Source: a virus. Taken from it: DNA of 64,000 nt. Where the stretch lies: the IMG/VR virus record IMGVR_UViG_3300021961_008157. One strand, 5' to 3'. The notes beneath the pieces were generated by a model that had not been told where the DNA came from, searched no databases, and saw only the letters and a program-made list of their open reading frames with translations. Below are positions 1-11,351 of this stretch, in pieces. The position numbers and the translations under genes are program-made. How positions within the stretch are numbered: position 1 is the stretch's first letter; each line of letters opens with the position of its first letter.

Positions 1-7
1 AAAAACG

Positions 8-811
8 ATGACCTGCGGCGCATTAATATTTGCGTTCAACAATGAACATATTGACTATGTGGCAATGGCCAATTGGTCAGCAAATAATATACACAGGCAT
101 CTGAATATTCCGGTTTGTTTAGTAACAGATCGTGAACCCCCGGCAGGGCATGTGTTTGATCGTGTTGTATTAGTTGACACTCCTACTGGCAGTGGCGTAA
201 GACATTTTGTAGACATTGGTGAATCAGTTGCTTGGCACAATACCAATCGTGTAGATGCTTACACACTCAGTCCATGGGATCAAACACTAGTGCTAGATGC
301 TGACTATGTGGTAGCGTCGAACCAACTTAAAACTGTATTGAGTAGCAATCAAGATTTTTTATGCTATCGTTGGGCAAGCGATGCTACAAATCTTAGAAAC
401 TTTGATGATTTAAATTATTTTGGACAAAATCGCATGCCCATGTGGTGGGCCACTGTTATGATGTTTAAACGCAGTAATACAGCACAACTGATATTTGAAT
501 CTATGAACATGGTCCGCGACAATTGGCTTCATTACCGTCGTTTGTACAATAACCCAACGCCTAACTACAGAAATGATCATGCGCTTTCGATTGCGTTAAA
601 TATAGTAAACGGTCACACGCTTTCGGTGCCGTCTATGCCTGGAAGTTTAGTAAGTGTAACACCCGAGCATCAAGTAACACAATTGTCTCAAGATTCTTAT
701 CGTGTGGATTTTTTAACACCTGATCAAAAGCCACGCTACATTGAATTACACCAAGACTTTCACGCTATGGGTAAACAACAACTAGGAGCAATTGTTGCCA
801 ATCCTTGCTGA
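8..811 (+). CDS. putative GT-A fold glycosyltransferase (GT8-like)
   Basis: TLVLDADY DxD motif, NDHALSIAL and late FHAMGK motifs; paralogous to the next ORF. Confidence 0.55.
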   Translation: MTCGALIFAFNNEHIDYVAMANWSANNIHRHLNIPVCLVTDREPPAGHVFDRVVLVDTPTGSGVRHFVDIGESVAWHNTNRVDAYTLSPWDQTLVLDADYVVASNQLKTVLSSNQDFLCYRWASDATNLRNFDDLNYFGQNRMPMWWATVMMFKRSNTAQLIFESMNMVRDNWLHYRRLYNNPTPNYRNDHALSIALNIVNGHTLSVPSMPGSLVSVTPEHQVTQLSQDSYRVDFLTPDQKPRYIELHQDFHAMGKQQLGAIVANPC

Positions 812-1544
812 ACGCGGTTATCTAATTCCCGCTATCAACACTGATAGTGTTGACTATGTAGCCTGCGCCCATCAACTTGCTGACAGCATACGGTCATGGC
901 ATCCCTCTGCTGAAATCACAATACTAACAAAAGAAATGTTGCCGCACGGTGATCTTGGTGGCTTTGCTAACGACTGGCAAGTGTTTCGCGCCAGCCCATA
1001 TAGACAAACCATCAAGTTAGAAGCTGATATGATTGCAGCCAGTCCCATAGATCACTTGTGGACATTGTTTGAACATCGTGACGTGGTCATTAGCCAAGGT
1101 TGTAGGGACTTTTACGATCAGCACAGCAGCAATCGGCATTATAGAAAATTGTTTGATGCTAACAATTTGCCCGATGTTTATAATGCTATAACCTACTGGC
1201 GGTTGAGTAAAACAGCGCAAGAGTTTTTTCAATGGGTGCGTGATATCTTCCAAAATTGGAACGAGTTTAAAACGCTGTTAAAGTTTCCCGAAGAAACACC
1301 ATCAACAGATGTTGTTTATGCCATGGCTGCTGACATCATAGGGCGAGAACAAGTAACATTACCACCCGGTTATGGTCCCACTATAGTACATATGAAACAA
1401 GGAATCATCCCAACCCATACCAGTGACTGGACCAAAGAATTAGTATGGGAAAACGTCAATCCTGGCATCCGAATACAAACGGTAGCACAATGGGGATTGG
1501 TGCATTATCACAACAAAGACTGGCGGTTGCGTGAACGAAACTGA
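792..1544 (+). CDS. putative GT-A fold glycosyltransferase, paralog of 8..811
   Basis: SPYRQTIKLEADM aligns with SPWDQTLVLDADY; TDVVYAMA and VHYHNK motifs. Confidence 0.5.
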   Translation: MLPILAERGYLIPAINTDSVDYVACAHQLADSIRSWHPSAEITILTKEMLPHGDLGGFANDWQVFRASPYRQTIKLEADMIAASPIDHLWTLFEHRDVVISQGCRDFYDQHSSNRHYRKLFDANNLPDVYNAITYWRLSKTAQEFFQWVRDIFQNWNEFKTLLKFPEETPSTDVVYAMAADIIGREQVTLPPGYGPTIVHMKQGIIPTHTSDWTKELVWENVNPGIRIQTVAQWGLVHYHNKDWRLRERN

Positions 1545-1878
1545 AGAAAATTTTTGGAAAGCATGGGCAGAGCCACCCCCGGCGCCTGCTCCAGTCTTTT
1601 TTCGCCTGTACTATGACGAGGACGGGTGCCCAATATCTTACAGCATGGAAGATTTGCCAGGTAACTATATAGATATTGATGCAGAAACTTATCAACTAAG
1701 CTCAAGAAATGTCCGTGTAATTGACGGGAAGTTAGTGCATATAAAACCAAAGAAAACAGTTACTAAACTAATACCTAGCACTAGCGGAACAGCGTGTTTA
1801 ATTGATAATGTTAGCATTGTTGTTAGTGAACAGCAACCACATATTAAATGGAATATAAAATCAAATGAAACGGATTGA
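1531..1878 (+). CDS. hypothetical phage protein
   Basis: ORF overlaps both neighbours in the operon. Confidence 0.6.
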   Translation: MNETEENFWKAWAEPPPAPAPVFFRLYYDEDGCPISYSMEDLPGNYIDIDAETYQLSSRNVRVIDGKLVHIKPKKTVTKLIPSTSGTACLIDNVSIVVSEQQPHIKWNIKSNETD

Positions 1879-2791
1879 CATTGCAGATCTTGATTGCATC
1901 TATTTGAGTTATGATGAACCGCAAAAAGAAGAATTTTGGGTAAAAATTCGGAACATGGTCCCGTGGGCCCGCCGTGTAGATGGTGTTAAAGGCAGCGACG
2001 CCGCACACAAGGCGGCTGCACAGGCAAGCGATACTGAACGCTTTGTCCTAATTGATGGGGACAACATGCCCGATCCAGAGTTTTTTAATCTAACACTTGA
2101 ACTGCCCGATGAGCAATGGGAGTCGGCGGTATTTCGTTGGCGGGCAAAGAATCACATTAACGGACTCATGTATGGCAATGGTGGACTGAGTTCGTGGACA
2201 TGCGAGTTTGCTATGAACATGCGCACCCACGAAAATACCGACGGTCGTGACGAAACACAAGTAGAGTTTTGCTACGATCCACTATACTGGCCCATGCACG
2301 ACTGTTACTCGACTACCTATCCTAACGGATCAGCCTTTCACGCTTGGCGTGCAGGCTTTCGAGAAGGTGTAAAAATGTGCTTAAACAAAAGCACACGTCC
2401 TTCAGTAGTAGAGTTCAAGGATCGCGTACATCAACGTAATCTTGATCACTTGACCATATGGCACAATGTGGGATCAGATGTTGATTATGGATTGTGGGCC
2501 ATTGCGGGCGCAAGGCAAGGCACTTATATGACTATGCTGACTGAATGGGATCATCGTTTGGTACAGTCGTTTGATGCGCTTGGTGAAATTTGGGCTACAG
2601 TAAAAGACTCTGATCCAGAACTAATAGCTAATCGACTAGCCGAAGAATTGCATACACAACTTGACTTACCAATGATGAGTTTGTTTCCCGAGCAAAGTAA
2701 ATTTTTTAAACATCACTATCGGAGCAACTGGCACAATCGTGGTGTCACTGTGAGAGAGATTGATGTAATTAGGCAGCAAGAAGGATGGTAA
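1865..2791 (+). CDS. GT-A-like glycosyltransferase domain protein
   Basis: DCIYLSYDE...RRVDGVKG..AAHKAAA...FVLIDGDN (DxD); related to the C-terminal domain of 19337..21166. Confidence 0.5.
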   Translation: MKRIDIADLDCIYLSYDEPQKEEFWVKIRNMVPWARRVDGVKGSDAAHKAAAQASDTERFVLIDGDNMPDPEFFNLTLELPDEQWESAVFRWRAKNHINGLMYGNGGLSSWTCEFAMNMRTHENTDGRDETQVEFCYDPLYWPMHDCYSTTYPNGSAFHAWRAGFREGVKMCLNKSTRPSVVEFKDRVHQRNLDHLTIWHNVGSDVDYGLWAIAGARQGTYMTMLTEWDHRLVQSFDALGEIWATVKDSDPELIANRLAEELHTQLDLPMMSLFPEQSKFFKHHYRSNWHNRGVTVREIDVIRQQEGW

Positions 2792-3429
2792 TGTATCAAA
2801 CTATAATCAATCGTGCTGCTCAAGAAAATAAAAATATTCTAATTATAGAAAGTCCTAGATCAGGTACCCACCCATTAAGTGCAGAACTGTGTAAACAAGG
2901 AAAAGGCACAAGTTTAATGGAAATTTGCATGGTAGGATATTGTGCTAATCCTTGGGATGACATTGACAAGTTATCTTGCAGCCCTAGGTTAACCACAGCA
3001 CAAGTTGTACAAATGACCCCCAAGTTAACATTAGCAGAAAATGTCAGCAGGATCAAACAACACAACATAGTAGTCAACATTAGGCGCCGGGACAAAGTAT
3101 ATCAGTTTGCCAGCTGGATTTATTTTAGACTCAATGATCCAACTGCTCTGTACGGTTGGCACAATCATACTGCTGACAAAATGCGATCCGGCCCTGCATC
3201 TGTTCAAGCATCTAACTCCGACATTGTTCAGTTTAAATTAGAGCAGATGCTAGACGATTATTTCCTTCCTGACTTTAATTTGTGCTACGAAGATTTAACA
3301 TTCTCTACACAAACTAGGTTTAAGAAAAATGAATTTTCATTCCCTTTGCCTGAAATGTTTTCTAATCTTGATTACGTAAAAGAACAACTGGGCACTTGGC
3401 AATATTCCTTGGAGCACTTTGATGAATAA
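2785..3429 (+). CDS. sulfotransferase-like P-loop protein
   Basis: N-terminal ESPRSGT resembles the 5'-PAPS-binding loop; IRRRDK...S and LCYEDL motifs. Confidence 0.5.
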   Translation: MVMYQTIINRAAQENKNILIIESPRSGTHPLSAELCKQGKGTSLMEICMVGYCANPWDDIDKLSCSPRLTTAQVVQMTPKLTLAENVSRIKQHNIVVNIRRRDKVYQFASWIYFRLNDPTALYGWHNHTADKMRSGPASVQASNSDIVQFKLEQMLDDYFLPDFNLCYEDLTFSTQTRFKKNEFSFPLPEMFSNLDYVKEQLGTWQYSLEHFDE

Positions 3430-4816
3430 AGGCGATCAAAGCCGATTCATGAGCTCTGCTGAACAGATGCGCGAGCATCTAGGTACTGCTATGTGTTTGG
3501 CTAAATGGAAGCAAGTTAGTTTGCATTTAACAACAGGACTAACTAACAGTTGTTACCACCCGCCCTTACATCAAATTGATCCTTCTCTACTAGAAAAAAA
3601 TCCTAGTGCATTGCATAATACGCCCTATAAAAAACAACAGCGTAAGATTATGATGAAACAAGAACGACCACCGGAGTGTAGTTATTGTTGGACAATGGAG
3701 GACAATGGCAAACTGAGTGATCGCCATTATAGATCCGGGGAGCCCTGGGCTGCTAAGGACTTTGATAAGATTTTTGCGTCCGATTGGAATACAGATATTA
3801 CACCTAGTTATGTAGAAGTAAATTTTAACAATGCCTGCAATCTAGCCTGTAGCTATTGTAGTCCACAGTTTAGTACCACATGGCAACAGGAAATGGATCG
3901 ACACGGTGCGTATCCTACATCAACTCCGCATAATGATCCTGCTCACTTTACCGGTAATCGCAAACCTATCCCAGCTAGAGAAAGTAACCCGTATGTGGAC
4001 GCATTTTGGGCTTGGTGGCCTACGCTATACCCTGAGCTAGAACATTTTCGCATGACGGGCGGCGAGCCCATGATGGACAAAAACACTTACCGTGTGTTTG
4101 ACTATGTGTTAGCTAATCCCAAGCCTGATCTACACCTAAATGTCACTAGTAACTTTAGCGTAGACGAAAAGCTGTGGCAGAAATATCTTGGCTATACCAA
4201 ACAACTGTGTCAAGAAGGCGTACTTGAACACTTTATGCAGTATATCAGCCTTGACGGCTGGGGACAACGTGCTGAATATATGCGGCACGGACTTGACTTT
4301 GAGTTGCTGTGGTCGCGTGTGCATCAGTTCTTAACCGAAGTGCCATATCGTAACAGCGTGACATTTATTGTTACAATGAATAATTTAAGTGTAACCAGTT
4401 TGCAACAATTGTTCGATGGCATACTAGAGCTTAGAAAAACTTACAGCAATACATATCAACGAGTATGGTTTGACACTCCTGTTCTGCGGCAACCTACTTG
4501 GCAAAGCCTACAGATCCTTCCGGAAAGCTATGTGTCGCAACTGGAAAAACTCAAAGCTCACATGCAGGATAATATTGAAACCGAAGCCACACGTTTTCAC
4601 GGTTTTAAAGATTATGAAATAGCACGATTGGATCGAGATATTGCTTGGATGCGTAATGGTCAGCAGTTAGACAAAGACTATTTAAAAAAGAATAAAGCAG
4701 ACTTCTATCGCTTTTTCAGTGAGTCTGACCGCAGGCACGGCACAGACTTTGTCAATACATTTCCAGAAATGAAATCCTGGTGGACAGAATGTGAATATCA
4801 TGCTAGGCAAGCGTAA
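3419..4816 (+). CDS. radical SAM enzyme with N-terminal twitch/SPASM-like domain
   Basis: CNLACSYC, TGGEP, N-terminal C..KW...SCYH...CSYC. Confidence 0.9.
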   Translation: MMNKGDQSRFMSSAEQMREHLGTAMCLAKWKQVSLHLTTGLTNSCYHPPLHQIDPSLLEKNPSALHNTPYKKQQRKIMMKQERPPECSYCWTMEDNGKLSDRHYRSGEPWAAKDFDKIFASDWNTDITPSYVEVNFNNACNLACSYCSPQFSTTWQQEMDRHGAYPTSTPHNDPAHFTGNRKPIPARESNPYVDAFWAWWPTLYPELEHFRMTGGEPMMDKNTYRVFDYVLANPKPDLHLNVTSNFSVDEKLWQKYLGYTKQLCQEGVLEHFMQYISLDGWGQRAEYMRHGLDFELLWSRVHQFLTEVPYRNSVTFIVTMNNLSVTSLQQLFDGILELRKTYSNTYQRVWFDTPVLRQPTWQSLQILPESYVSQLEKLKAHMQDNIETEATRFHGFKDYEIARLDRDIAWMRNGQQLDKDYLKKNKADFYRFFSESDRRHGTDFVNTFPEMKSWWTECEYHARQA

Positions 4817-5867
4817 ATTAATAGTTGATGTAAATTGCGGATTGCGTAAAGAATTGGCAGAGATTTCTGACGAAACTTTTTATAACTTTCAAAAGCAAAC
4901 AATTGAGCCAGACGCAGTTTATGTAATAGGCTATAATGAAACTGTTAAAAATGTTGATAAAATTAAACAGCTGGCCAATACAGAAATAGCACAGTTTATT
5001 TTTAGTAATCCTGTTGAAGGATCACAGACCATACTCAATCATTGTGGCAATATTGGTATTCTTGATTTAATCAAACAACAAAAAATTTTGCTATTAACTG
5101 GTGGCGATGTTGCACCAGAATATCCGCATCTGACCTATGACAACTTTTTACCAAAAGTTTTAGATTACAACGAAAACATTGATGCTATACAACAGTACCG
5201 TGACACATATTCAACGGATAGACCTTATAAATTTCTTTTTTTAAACGGACAGCAACGACATCATAGAAAGTTTATGATTCATGCATTGGGTGATCTACTT
5301 GACTCTGCATTATGGACAAATTTAGACACTGGTAATGGCCCTATCAAACTGTTAGACCAATATTATGAACATGCAAAATTCAATGTCAACTTTCAAACCA
5401 ATGACAAAAATGTAAAAAGCAAGTTATTCGGTAATGGAATATGGGGAGATGTATTGCTGTCTGTTAGACAATATAGTGACACTTATTTTAGTCTTGTGAC
5501 TGAAACAGTTCACAATTATCCCTACAGTTTTAGAACAGAAAAAATCTGGAAACCAGTGGCAATCGGACACCCTTGGATTGCAGTTGCCAATCGGGGTTTC
5601 TATAGAGACATGCATAACTTGGGATTTCAAACATTTGGGCATGCAATAGATGAAAGTTTTGATCTAATAGACAACGATCAAGATCGTCTTCGACGTGTTG
5701 CTGATATTGTAAAAGATCTATGTCAACAAGACCTTGCTGGTTTCCTCAATGAGTGTTATAATGTATGTAAATACAATCAACAACATCTTGCCGACATGCG
5801 ACTCAAAGTGCGGTCAGAATTTTCCAAACGATTTGAACAGTTTATAACAACATATATCAATGAATGA
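4791..5867 (+). CDS. GT-B-like (GT10/exostosin-like C-terminus) protein, paralog 1
   Basis: FSLVTET...TEKIWKP...HPWI...GFQTF..IDESFD motif. Confidence 0.5.
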   Translation: MNIMLGKRKLIVDVNCGLRKELAEISDETFYNFQKQTIEPDAVYVIGYNETVKNVDKIKQLANTEIAQFIFSNPVEGSQTILNHCGNIGILDLIKQQKILLLTGGDVAPEYPHLTYDNFLPKVLDYNENIDAIQQYRDTYSTDRPYKFLFLNGQQRHHRKFMIHALGDLLDSALWTNLDTGNGPIKLLDQYYEHAKFNVNFQTNDKNVKSKLFGNGIWGDVLLSVRQYSDTYFSLVTETVHNYPYSFRTEKIWKPVAIGHPWIAVANRGFYRDMHNLGFQTFGHAIDESFDLIDNDQDRLRRVADIVKDLCQQDLAGFLNECYNVCKYNQQHLADMRLKVRSEFSKRFEQFITTYINE

Positions 5868-7206
5868 TTTAGAATTTAAACAACAAATACTTGATTCAAA
5901 AAGTGCAAGTTTTTGCGGAGCCAAATGGTACAACGCCACAATCTGGCTTGGCAGCGGAATGACTACAAGTTGTCATCACCCTCCTGCACACAAAGTTGAA
6001 GTAGACGAAGTAAAACTAAATCCACGGGCCCTGCACAACAGTTTACAAAAGAAGGATGATCGTAAAAAAATGTTAGCAGGCAAGCGGCCCGCTGGCTGTG
6101 AATATTGTTGGAAGATTGAGGACATGGGACGCGACGCCATTAGTGATCGTGTTTATAAAAGTAAAATTTATCCTATTGTTGCACTCAATGAAGCATATAA
6201 CACTCCTTATACAGACGATGTTAATCTTCGAACTTTAGAAATTGCGTTCGATCGAACCTGTCAATTTGCTTGTAGTTATTGTAATCCTGCATTTAGCAGT
6301 ACCTGGGTCAATGACATCAAACGTCAAGGTCCTTATACTGGACTTATTTCCGACGGCCGCAATCATTTTACACACATTCATGACAGCGCACAGTTATACA
6401 AGTATGGCGAAACAAATCCTTACGTAGAGGCGTTCCACCAATGGTGGGAGTCTGATCTACACAAAACACTGCAAGAATTGCGTATCACCGGAGGCGAACC
6501 ATTGATGTCAGGCGGCACATGGAAGTTAATTGATTGGTTTAAAGACAATAAAGGAAAAAGTCAAACACGTTTAGCCATCAACAGTAATCTAGGTGCTGAT
6601 GTTGACGTTGATAGATTGATTTCTAGCATTGATGGTGTTGATATTGATTTGTACACCAGTAATGAATCTGTTGGTGTACAAGCAGAGTACATACGTGATG
6701 GTTTGGACTATACTGTCTGGATGCAGAACATGGTTAAACTTATCGAGAGTGGTAAGTTCCGCGGTATCCATGTGATGTGTACTATTAACGCATTATGCCT
6801 TGACAGCTTACCAGAGTTTCTAGACCAGTTAGTTGAACTAAAGAAAAAGTACGGAAAAGACTATCCAAATTTCACACTAAATATCTTACGATTCCCCAGT
6901 TTTCAAAGTCCCTTGGTACTGCCAGACGACATAAGAACGCAATACAAGAATAAATTATACGGCTGGATGTTACATCATGCAGACTGTGATGTATTGCATG
7001 AACATGAGCGCAATCATATGTCTAGGCTAATTGACTATTTGGATGTGGTCAAGACGCCGCATAGTGATGCATTTGAAATGCCTAAACTGCATAATGATTT
7101 CAAAAAGTTTTATCAACAATATGATGCACGACGGAATAAAAACTTTGAAAAAACATTTATAACTTTAAAAGAATGGTATGACAGCCTACAAATACAACAG
7201 CAGTGA
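5860..7206 (+). CDS. radical SAM enzyme with twitch/SPASM-like domain
   Basis: CQFACSYC, TGGEP, N-terminal C..KW...SCHH...CEYC. Confidence 0.9.
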   Translation: MNDLEFKQQILDSKSASFCGAKWYNATIWLGSGMTTSCHHPPAHKVEVDEVKLNPRALHNSLQKKDDRKKMLAGKRPAGCEYCWKIEDMGRDAISDRVYKSKIYPIVALNEAYNTPYTDDVNLRTLEIAFDRTCQFACSYCNPAFSSTWVNDIKRQGPYTGLISDGRNHFTHIHDSAQLYKYGETNPYVEAFHQWWESDLHKTLQELRITGGEPLMSGGTWKLIDWFKDNKGKSQTRLAINSNLGADVDVDRLISSIDGVDIDLYTSNESVGVQAEYIRDGLDYTVWMQNMVKLIESGKFRGIHVMCTINALCLDSLPEFLDQLVELKKKYGKDYPNFTLNILRFPSFQSPLVLPDDIRTQYKNKLYGWMLHHADCDVLHEHERNHMSRLIDYLDVVKTPHSDAFEMPKLHNDFKKFYQQYDARRNKNFEKTFITLKEWYDSLQIQQQ

Positions 7207-8461
7207 CTTAGTTAAACCGATTGAATTAACAGAGCGTGAAAAGTTTTTATTGACAGACTCTAAGACGTTTTGCATCTATCCTTGGATCCATCTTCATGCC
7301 TATCCCACTGGTGAAGCATATCCGTGTTGTCATGCTGAAATGAAAGTAGGGCAGATAGGCAATTGCAAAACAAACACATTGTCCGAAATTTGGAACAGCC
7401 CCGAGCAAAAGAAACTTCGTTCCGACATGCTGTCTGAAACACCAAATTCTGCATGTGGACGTTGTTACGAGCAAGAACAATCAGGATTTTTCAGTGGCCG
7501 TCGCAGTGCCAACAAGCATCACGGACATCATATTGCTCGAGTAAATCAAACCGATGCAACCGGACACACTGATCAATTTGAAATGACCTACTGGGATCTA
7601 CGTTTCAGTAATTTGTGTAATTTAAGTTGTCGTAGTTGCGGGCACATTTTCAGCAGTAGCTGGTACAAGGACCAAACTGAGTTGGCAGGACCTACATGGG
7701 CAAGTCAAAACAAGCCATTGAACTATGCAGGACGTTTTGCCACAGACATGTGGGAACAACTGATTGAACACATTGATCATGTGGAACAAATTTACTTTGC
7801 TGGTGGCGAACCATTGATGATGGAAGAGCATTACCTGATCTTAGAAGAATTAGAACGCAGGAAACGCTTTGATGTTCGATTGATATACAACACTAACTTC
7901 ACACAGACTCGTCTCAAAAATCGTACTGTATTTGATTACTGGCGTAAATTTAACAGCGTGGCAGTGGGTGCCAGTTTGGATGCATCAGGCGCTCGCGGCG
8001 AATACATTAGAAAAGGCACAGACTGGGCCACAGTTGAACAAAATCGTCGTCAGATGATGGAAATATGTCCGCGTGTGGATTTCTATATTAGTCCTACCCT
8101 GAGTATTTTAAATGCTTGGCACCTGCCAGATTTTCATCGAGATTGGGTCAACAAAGGCCTGCTAAAGCCACAAGATCTTAATGTAAATATATTACAAGAT
8201 CCAAGACATTTTAGAATTGATATTGCAACAACAGAATATAAAAAATCCATCGAAGATCGATATCAAGAACATTTAAATTGGCTGCGCCCATTAGACCAAT
8301 TAAATCGTGCCACGGTTGGATTTGAAAGCGCCATTGCATTCATGAATAATACTGATAATACAACTTTATTAGATACATTTTGGCAAAAAACAAAGCAGCT
8401 AGATAGCATTCGCAACGAATTTGTATTGGATGCAATTCCAGAATTAAAAGCATTAATATGA
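7178..8461 (+). CDS. radical SAM enzyme with twitch/SPASM-like domain
   Basis: CNLSCRSC, AGGEP, CIYPW...YPCC...CGRC. Confidence 0.9.
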   Translation: MTAYKYNSSDLVKPIELTEREKFLLTDSKTFCIYPWIHLHAYPTGEAYPCCHAEMKVGQIGNCKTNTLSEIWNSPEQKKLRSDMLSETPNSACGRCYEQEQSGFFSGRRSANKHHGHHIARVNQTDATGHTDQFEMTYWDLRFSNLCNLSCRSCGHIFSSSWYKDQTELAGPTWASQNKPLNYAGRFATDMWEQLIEHIDHVEQIYFAGGEPLMMEEHYLILEELERRKRFDVRLIYNTNFTQTRLKNRTVFDYWRKFNSVAVGASLDASGARGEYIRKGTDWATVEQNRRQMMEICPRVDFYISPTLSILNAWHLPDFHRDWVNKGLLKPQDLNVNILQDPRHFRIDIATTEYKKSIEDRYQEHLNWLRPLDQLNRATVGFESAIAFMNNTDNTTLLDTFWQKTKQLDSIRNEFVLDAIPELKALI

Positions 8462-9672
8462 ACATCCCCCACGATAAATTTTGCGTATTACCTTGGATCA
8501 GCCTCGAAGCCAGCCCCATTGGCACTGTGAGACCTTGTTGTCTGGCCATCAATGAAATCGAAGATGATGACAACAACAAATACAAATTGGCAAATACCAG
8601 TCTGTTAGAAATACAAAATAGTACCGCAATGCGAGCTCTCCGCGAAGATTTTCTTGCAGGAAAAAAGCCTCAAACTTGTCGTCGTTGTTGGAATGAAGAA
8701 CGTGCTGGTCGAACCAGTAAGCGCATGCATACTCTAGACCGGCTCAAGCATATGATTGATCCTAATCTTTCTTGGTCCACCGATGCTATGCCGTTAATGT
8801 TTTTAGATCTTAAACTAGGCAACATCTGTAATTTAAAGTGTCGTATCTGTGGATCTTGGAGTTCAAGCCAATATGCCACAGAAGAACTCAAATTCAATAA
8901 AAAAGAAGAACAGCGCGGCAATTTTGCCTATCAAATGCTCAAAGAAGGTGCATGGCCCCGGGAAAGCGAAGACTTTTGGAATGACTTAGACAAGCACTTA
9001 GACAATATACGTTACATTGAGTTCACTGGTGGCGAACCTTTTATGATTCGCGAACATTTTCAACTGCTTCGAAAACTAGTAGATACCGGCCGCGCCTCAC
9101 AAGTAGAAATACACTACAATACCAATGGCACACAATATCCAGAAGAAGGCGAAAGCATTTGGAAACATTTTAAACATGTGGAAATTGCACTAAGCATCGA
9201 CGATGTTGAAAGTCGTTTTGAATATCAACGCACCAATGCAATTTGGGAAGATGTAGTTGCTAATGTTGAAAAGTTCCGCCAACTGCGGAGTCGTAACACT
9301 AATATTACATTACAGGCTTGTTGTACTATTAATGTGTTTAATGTTTACTACCTTGAAACAGTGGCTAATTGGTTACTGCAACAAAAGTTTGACTTCATTT
9401 ATTGGAACATGATGCACGACGCCTATTACTATAGCATTAGCACACTACCAGATGCAGCCAAAGAGGTAATTACTCAACGACTTATTACGGCCAATGTACC
9501 CGATAAAATATTAAAAGAGTTTGTTAGTGCAGCCGAGTTCATGAATAATGGCAACAGTCTTGATGGCCAACTGTTACGAATGAACATATCTGACCTTGAC
9601 CGAAAGCGTAGTCAAAATTTAGCAGATGTTGAACCCGAGTTTGCAACATTAATCAATTATGTTAAAACCTAA
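8458..9672 (+). CDS. radical SAM enzyme with twitch/SPASM-like domain
   Basis: CNLKCRIC, TGGEP, CVLPW...RPCC...CRRC. Confidence 0.9.
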   Translation: MNIPHDKFCVLPWISLEASPIGTVRPCCLAINEIEDDDNNKYKLANTSLLEIQNSTAMRALREDFLAGKKPQTCRRCWNEERAGRTSKRMHTLDRLKHMIDPNLSWSTDAMPLMFLDLKLGNICNLKCRICGSWSSSQYATEELKFNKKEEQRGNFAYQMLKEGAWPRESEDFWNDLDKHLDNIRYIEFTGGEPFMIREHFQLLRKLVDTGRASQVEIHYNTNGTQYPEEGESIWKHFKHVEIALSIDDVESRFEYQRTNAIWEDVVANVEKFRQLRSRNTNITLQACCTINVFNVYYLETVANWLLQQKFDFIYWNMMHDAYYYSISTLPDAAKEVITQRLITANVPDKILKEFVSAAEFMNNGNSLDGQLLRMNISDLDRKRSQNLADVEPEFATLINYVKT

Positions 9673-10675
9673 ATTATTATGTCGTTGTCGTACGTTTGAA
9701 AATACTCGTCGAGAAAAATTAAGTCAATATTTTCAGCTGGTTAATTATAATTCTGACTATGAATATAAATCAAGCGAGTATGATGCTGTATTAGAGGATT
9801 GGAATGATACTTTTTTTCATTGGCGATATAACAATAATTTAATACCACAAGCAAAATGGTATGACAAATTTGTCTATAACGGTAGCAAGTTTATAATTGA
9901 TCATAGTTATGATAGCTACGTTAACGAGTCATCTTATTTTGAAAATAACAATACATATGTTTTAAGGTCTAAAAACTGGATCTGGATAAATGAAAATTGG
10001 CTTTATAGAAAAGCTGGATATAAAGATGTACTGCTACGCAATGTTCCTTCCCCTGATCCAACAAAGTTTTTTCTATTACTAATGAATTTAGAGCGAGCAC
10101 ACCGAACAGAGATACTCAATCGATCAACAAAATATCTTGATGATTCTATCTACAGTTATGTAGCTCGTGGTATTATACTAGACAATGAGCTATTGAACGA
10201 TCGTGGATATATCAAGAATCAATGGGCATTTTATCCGCAACGATATTCAAATACTTATTTCAGTTTGGTTGCTGAAACAACAACTAATTTAATACGCCCG
10301 AGAGACCTTTCTCCTAATAAACCTATTTTTATTAGCGAAAAAAGTTTTAAACCTTTTGCATTTAAACATCCATTTATCACATACGGAACTGCTAACACGT
10401 TGCAATATTTAAAATCTATAGGGTTTGAAACCTTTGATCATGTTATTAACGAAACATATGATTCTATCTTAGACCCATACGAACGTTTAACAGCAATAAT
10501 GATTGAGGTAGATAATTTGTATAAAGAATACAAGGAAGGAAAACAATTATTCAAAGATGCGTTATCACAAGAAAAACTCGAGCATAATTTTAATAGATTT
10601 TACGATGATGCTCTAGTAGATCAAATGTACGTCAATGAAGTTATAAACCCGATGTTGGAATTTATCAATGCTTGA
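9659..10675 (+). CDS. GT-B-like protein, paralog 2
   Basis: FSLVAET...SEKSFKP...HPFI...GFETF..INETYD. Confidence 0.5.
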   Translation: MLKPKLLCRCRTFENTRREKLSQYFQLVNYNSDYEYKSSEYDAVLEDWNDTFFHWRYNNNLIPQAKWYDKFVYNGSKFIIDHSYDSYVNESSYFENNNTYVLRSKNWIWINENWLYRKAGYKDVLLRNVPSPDPTKFFLLLMNLERAHRTEILNRSTKYLDDSIYSYVARGIILDNELLNDRGYIKNQWAFYPQRYSNTYFSLVAETTTNLIRPRDLSPNKPIFISEKSFKPFAFKHPFITYGTANTLQYLKSIGFETFDHVINETYDSILDPYERLTAIMIEVDNLYKEYKEGKQLFKDALSQEKLEHNFNRFYDDALVDQMYVNEVINPMLEFINA

Positions 10676-11351
10676 AACCGCAGTCATTGGCAGCAACGGA
10701 TTGATTGGTAGTCAAGTGGTTAAATTTTTTAGGCCAACACTAACTTTCAATTCCAATAATATTCATCAACTACCTAAACATCAATATAGTAAGGTAATCG
10801 TCGCAGCGCCATCGGGCAATAGGCGTCAAGCCGAAGCAGATCCTGCGGCAGATCGAACAAATATTGATCTATTAATTGACCAGTTAAAGCAAACTCCAAT
10901 AGAAACAATAGTATTGATTGGTACCATTGATTCAATTGTTTACGGCGATACACATTACGGCCGCAATAGAAAACTATTAGAAGATTTTGTTCGCAGTACG
11001 TTTCCAGATTCATATGTGTTGAGATTATGTACACTAATTGGGACAACTATTAAAAAGAATGTGCTATACGATTTAAAACATGGTCAATATTTAGATTCAA
11101 TCAATCTCGAATCCACACAACAATGGTATCCTTTGAGTAGTTTAGAGCAGGATATCAACCGTGCAATATACAATAAAACACGCGATCTTACGCTAGTGTC
11201 CGAACCTATAAAAAATAAAGAAATTGTTGATCGTTTCTTCCCTAATTGCTCAATTGGTGTCGTATCTGGAACACCGCTGTGTTATAATATAGCACCCGTA
11301 TATTTCAGCAAAGAAGAAATATTTGACGAGATGGCCAAATATCTAAAATGA
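10668..11351 (+). CDS. NAD(P)-dependent sugar epimerase/reductase (extended SDR-like)
   Basis: GSNGLIG Rossmann motif, YGRNR in the YxxxK position. Confidence 0.65.
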   Translation: MLETAVIGSNGLIGSQVVKFFRPTLTFNSNNIHQLPKHQYSKVIVAAPSGNRRQAEADPAADRTNIDLLIDQLKQTPIETIVLIGTIDSIVYGDTHYGRNRKLLEDFVRSTFPDSYVLRLCTLIGTTIKKNVLYDLKHGQYLDSINLESTQQWYPLSSLEQDINRAIYNKTRDLTLVSEPIKNKEIVDRFFPNCSIGVVSGTPLCYNIAPVYFSKEEIFDEMAKYLK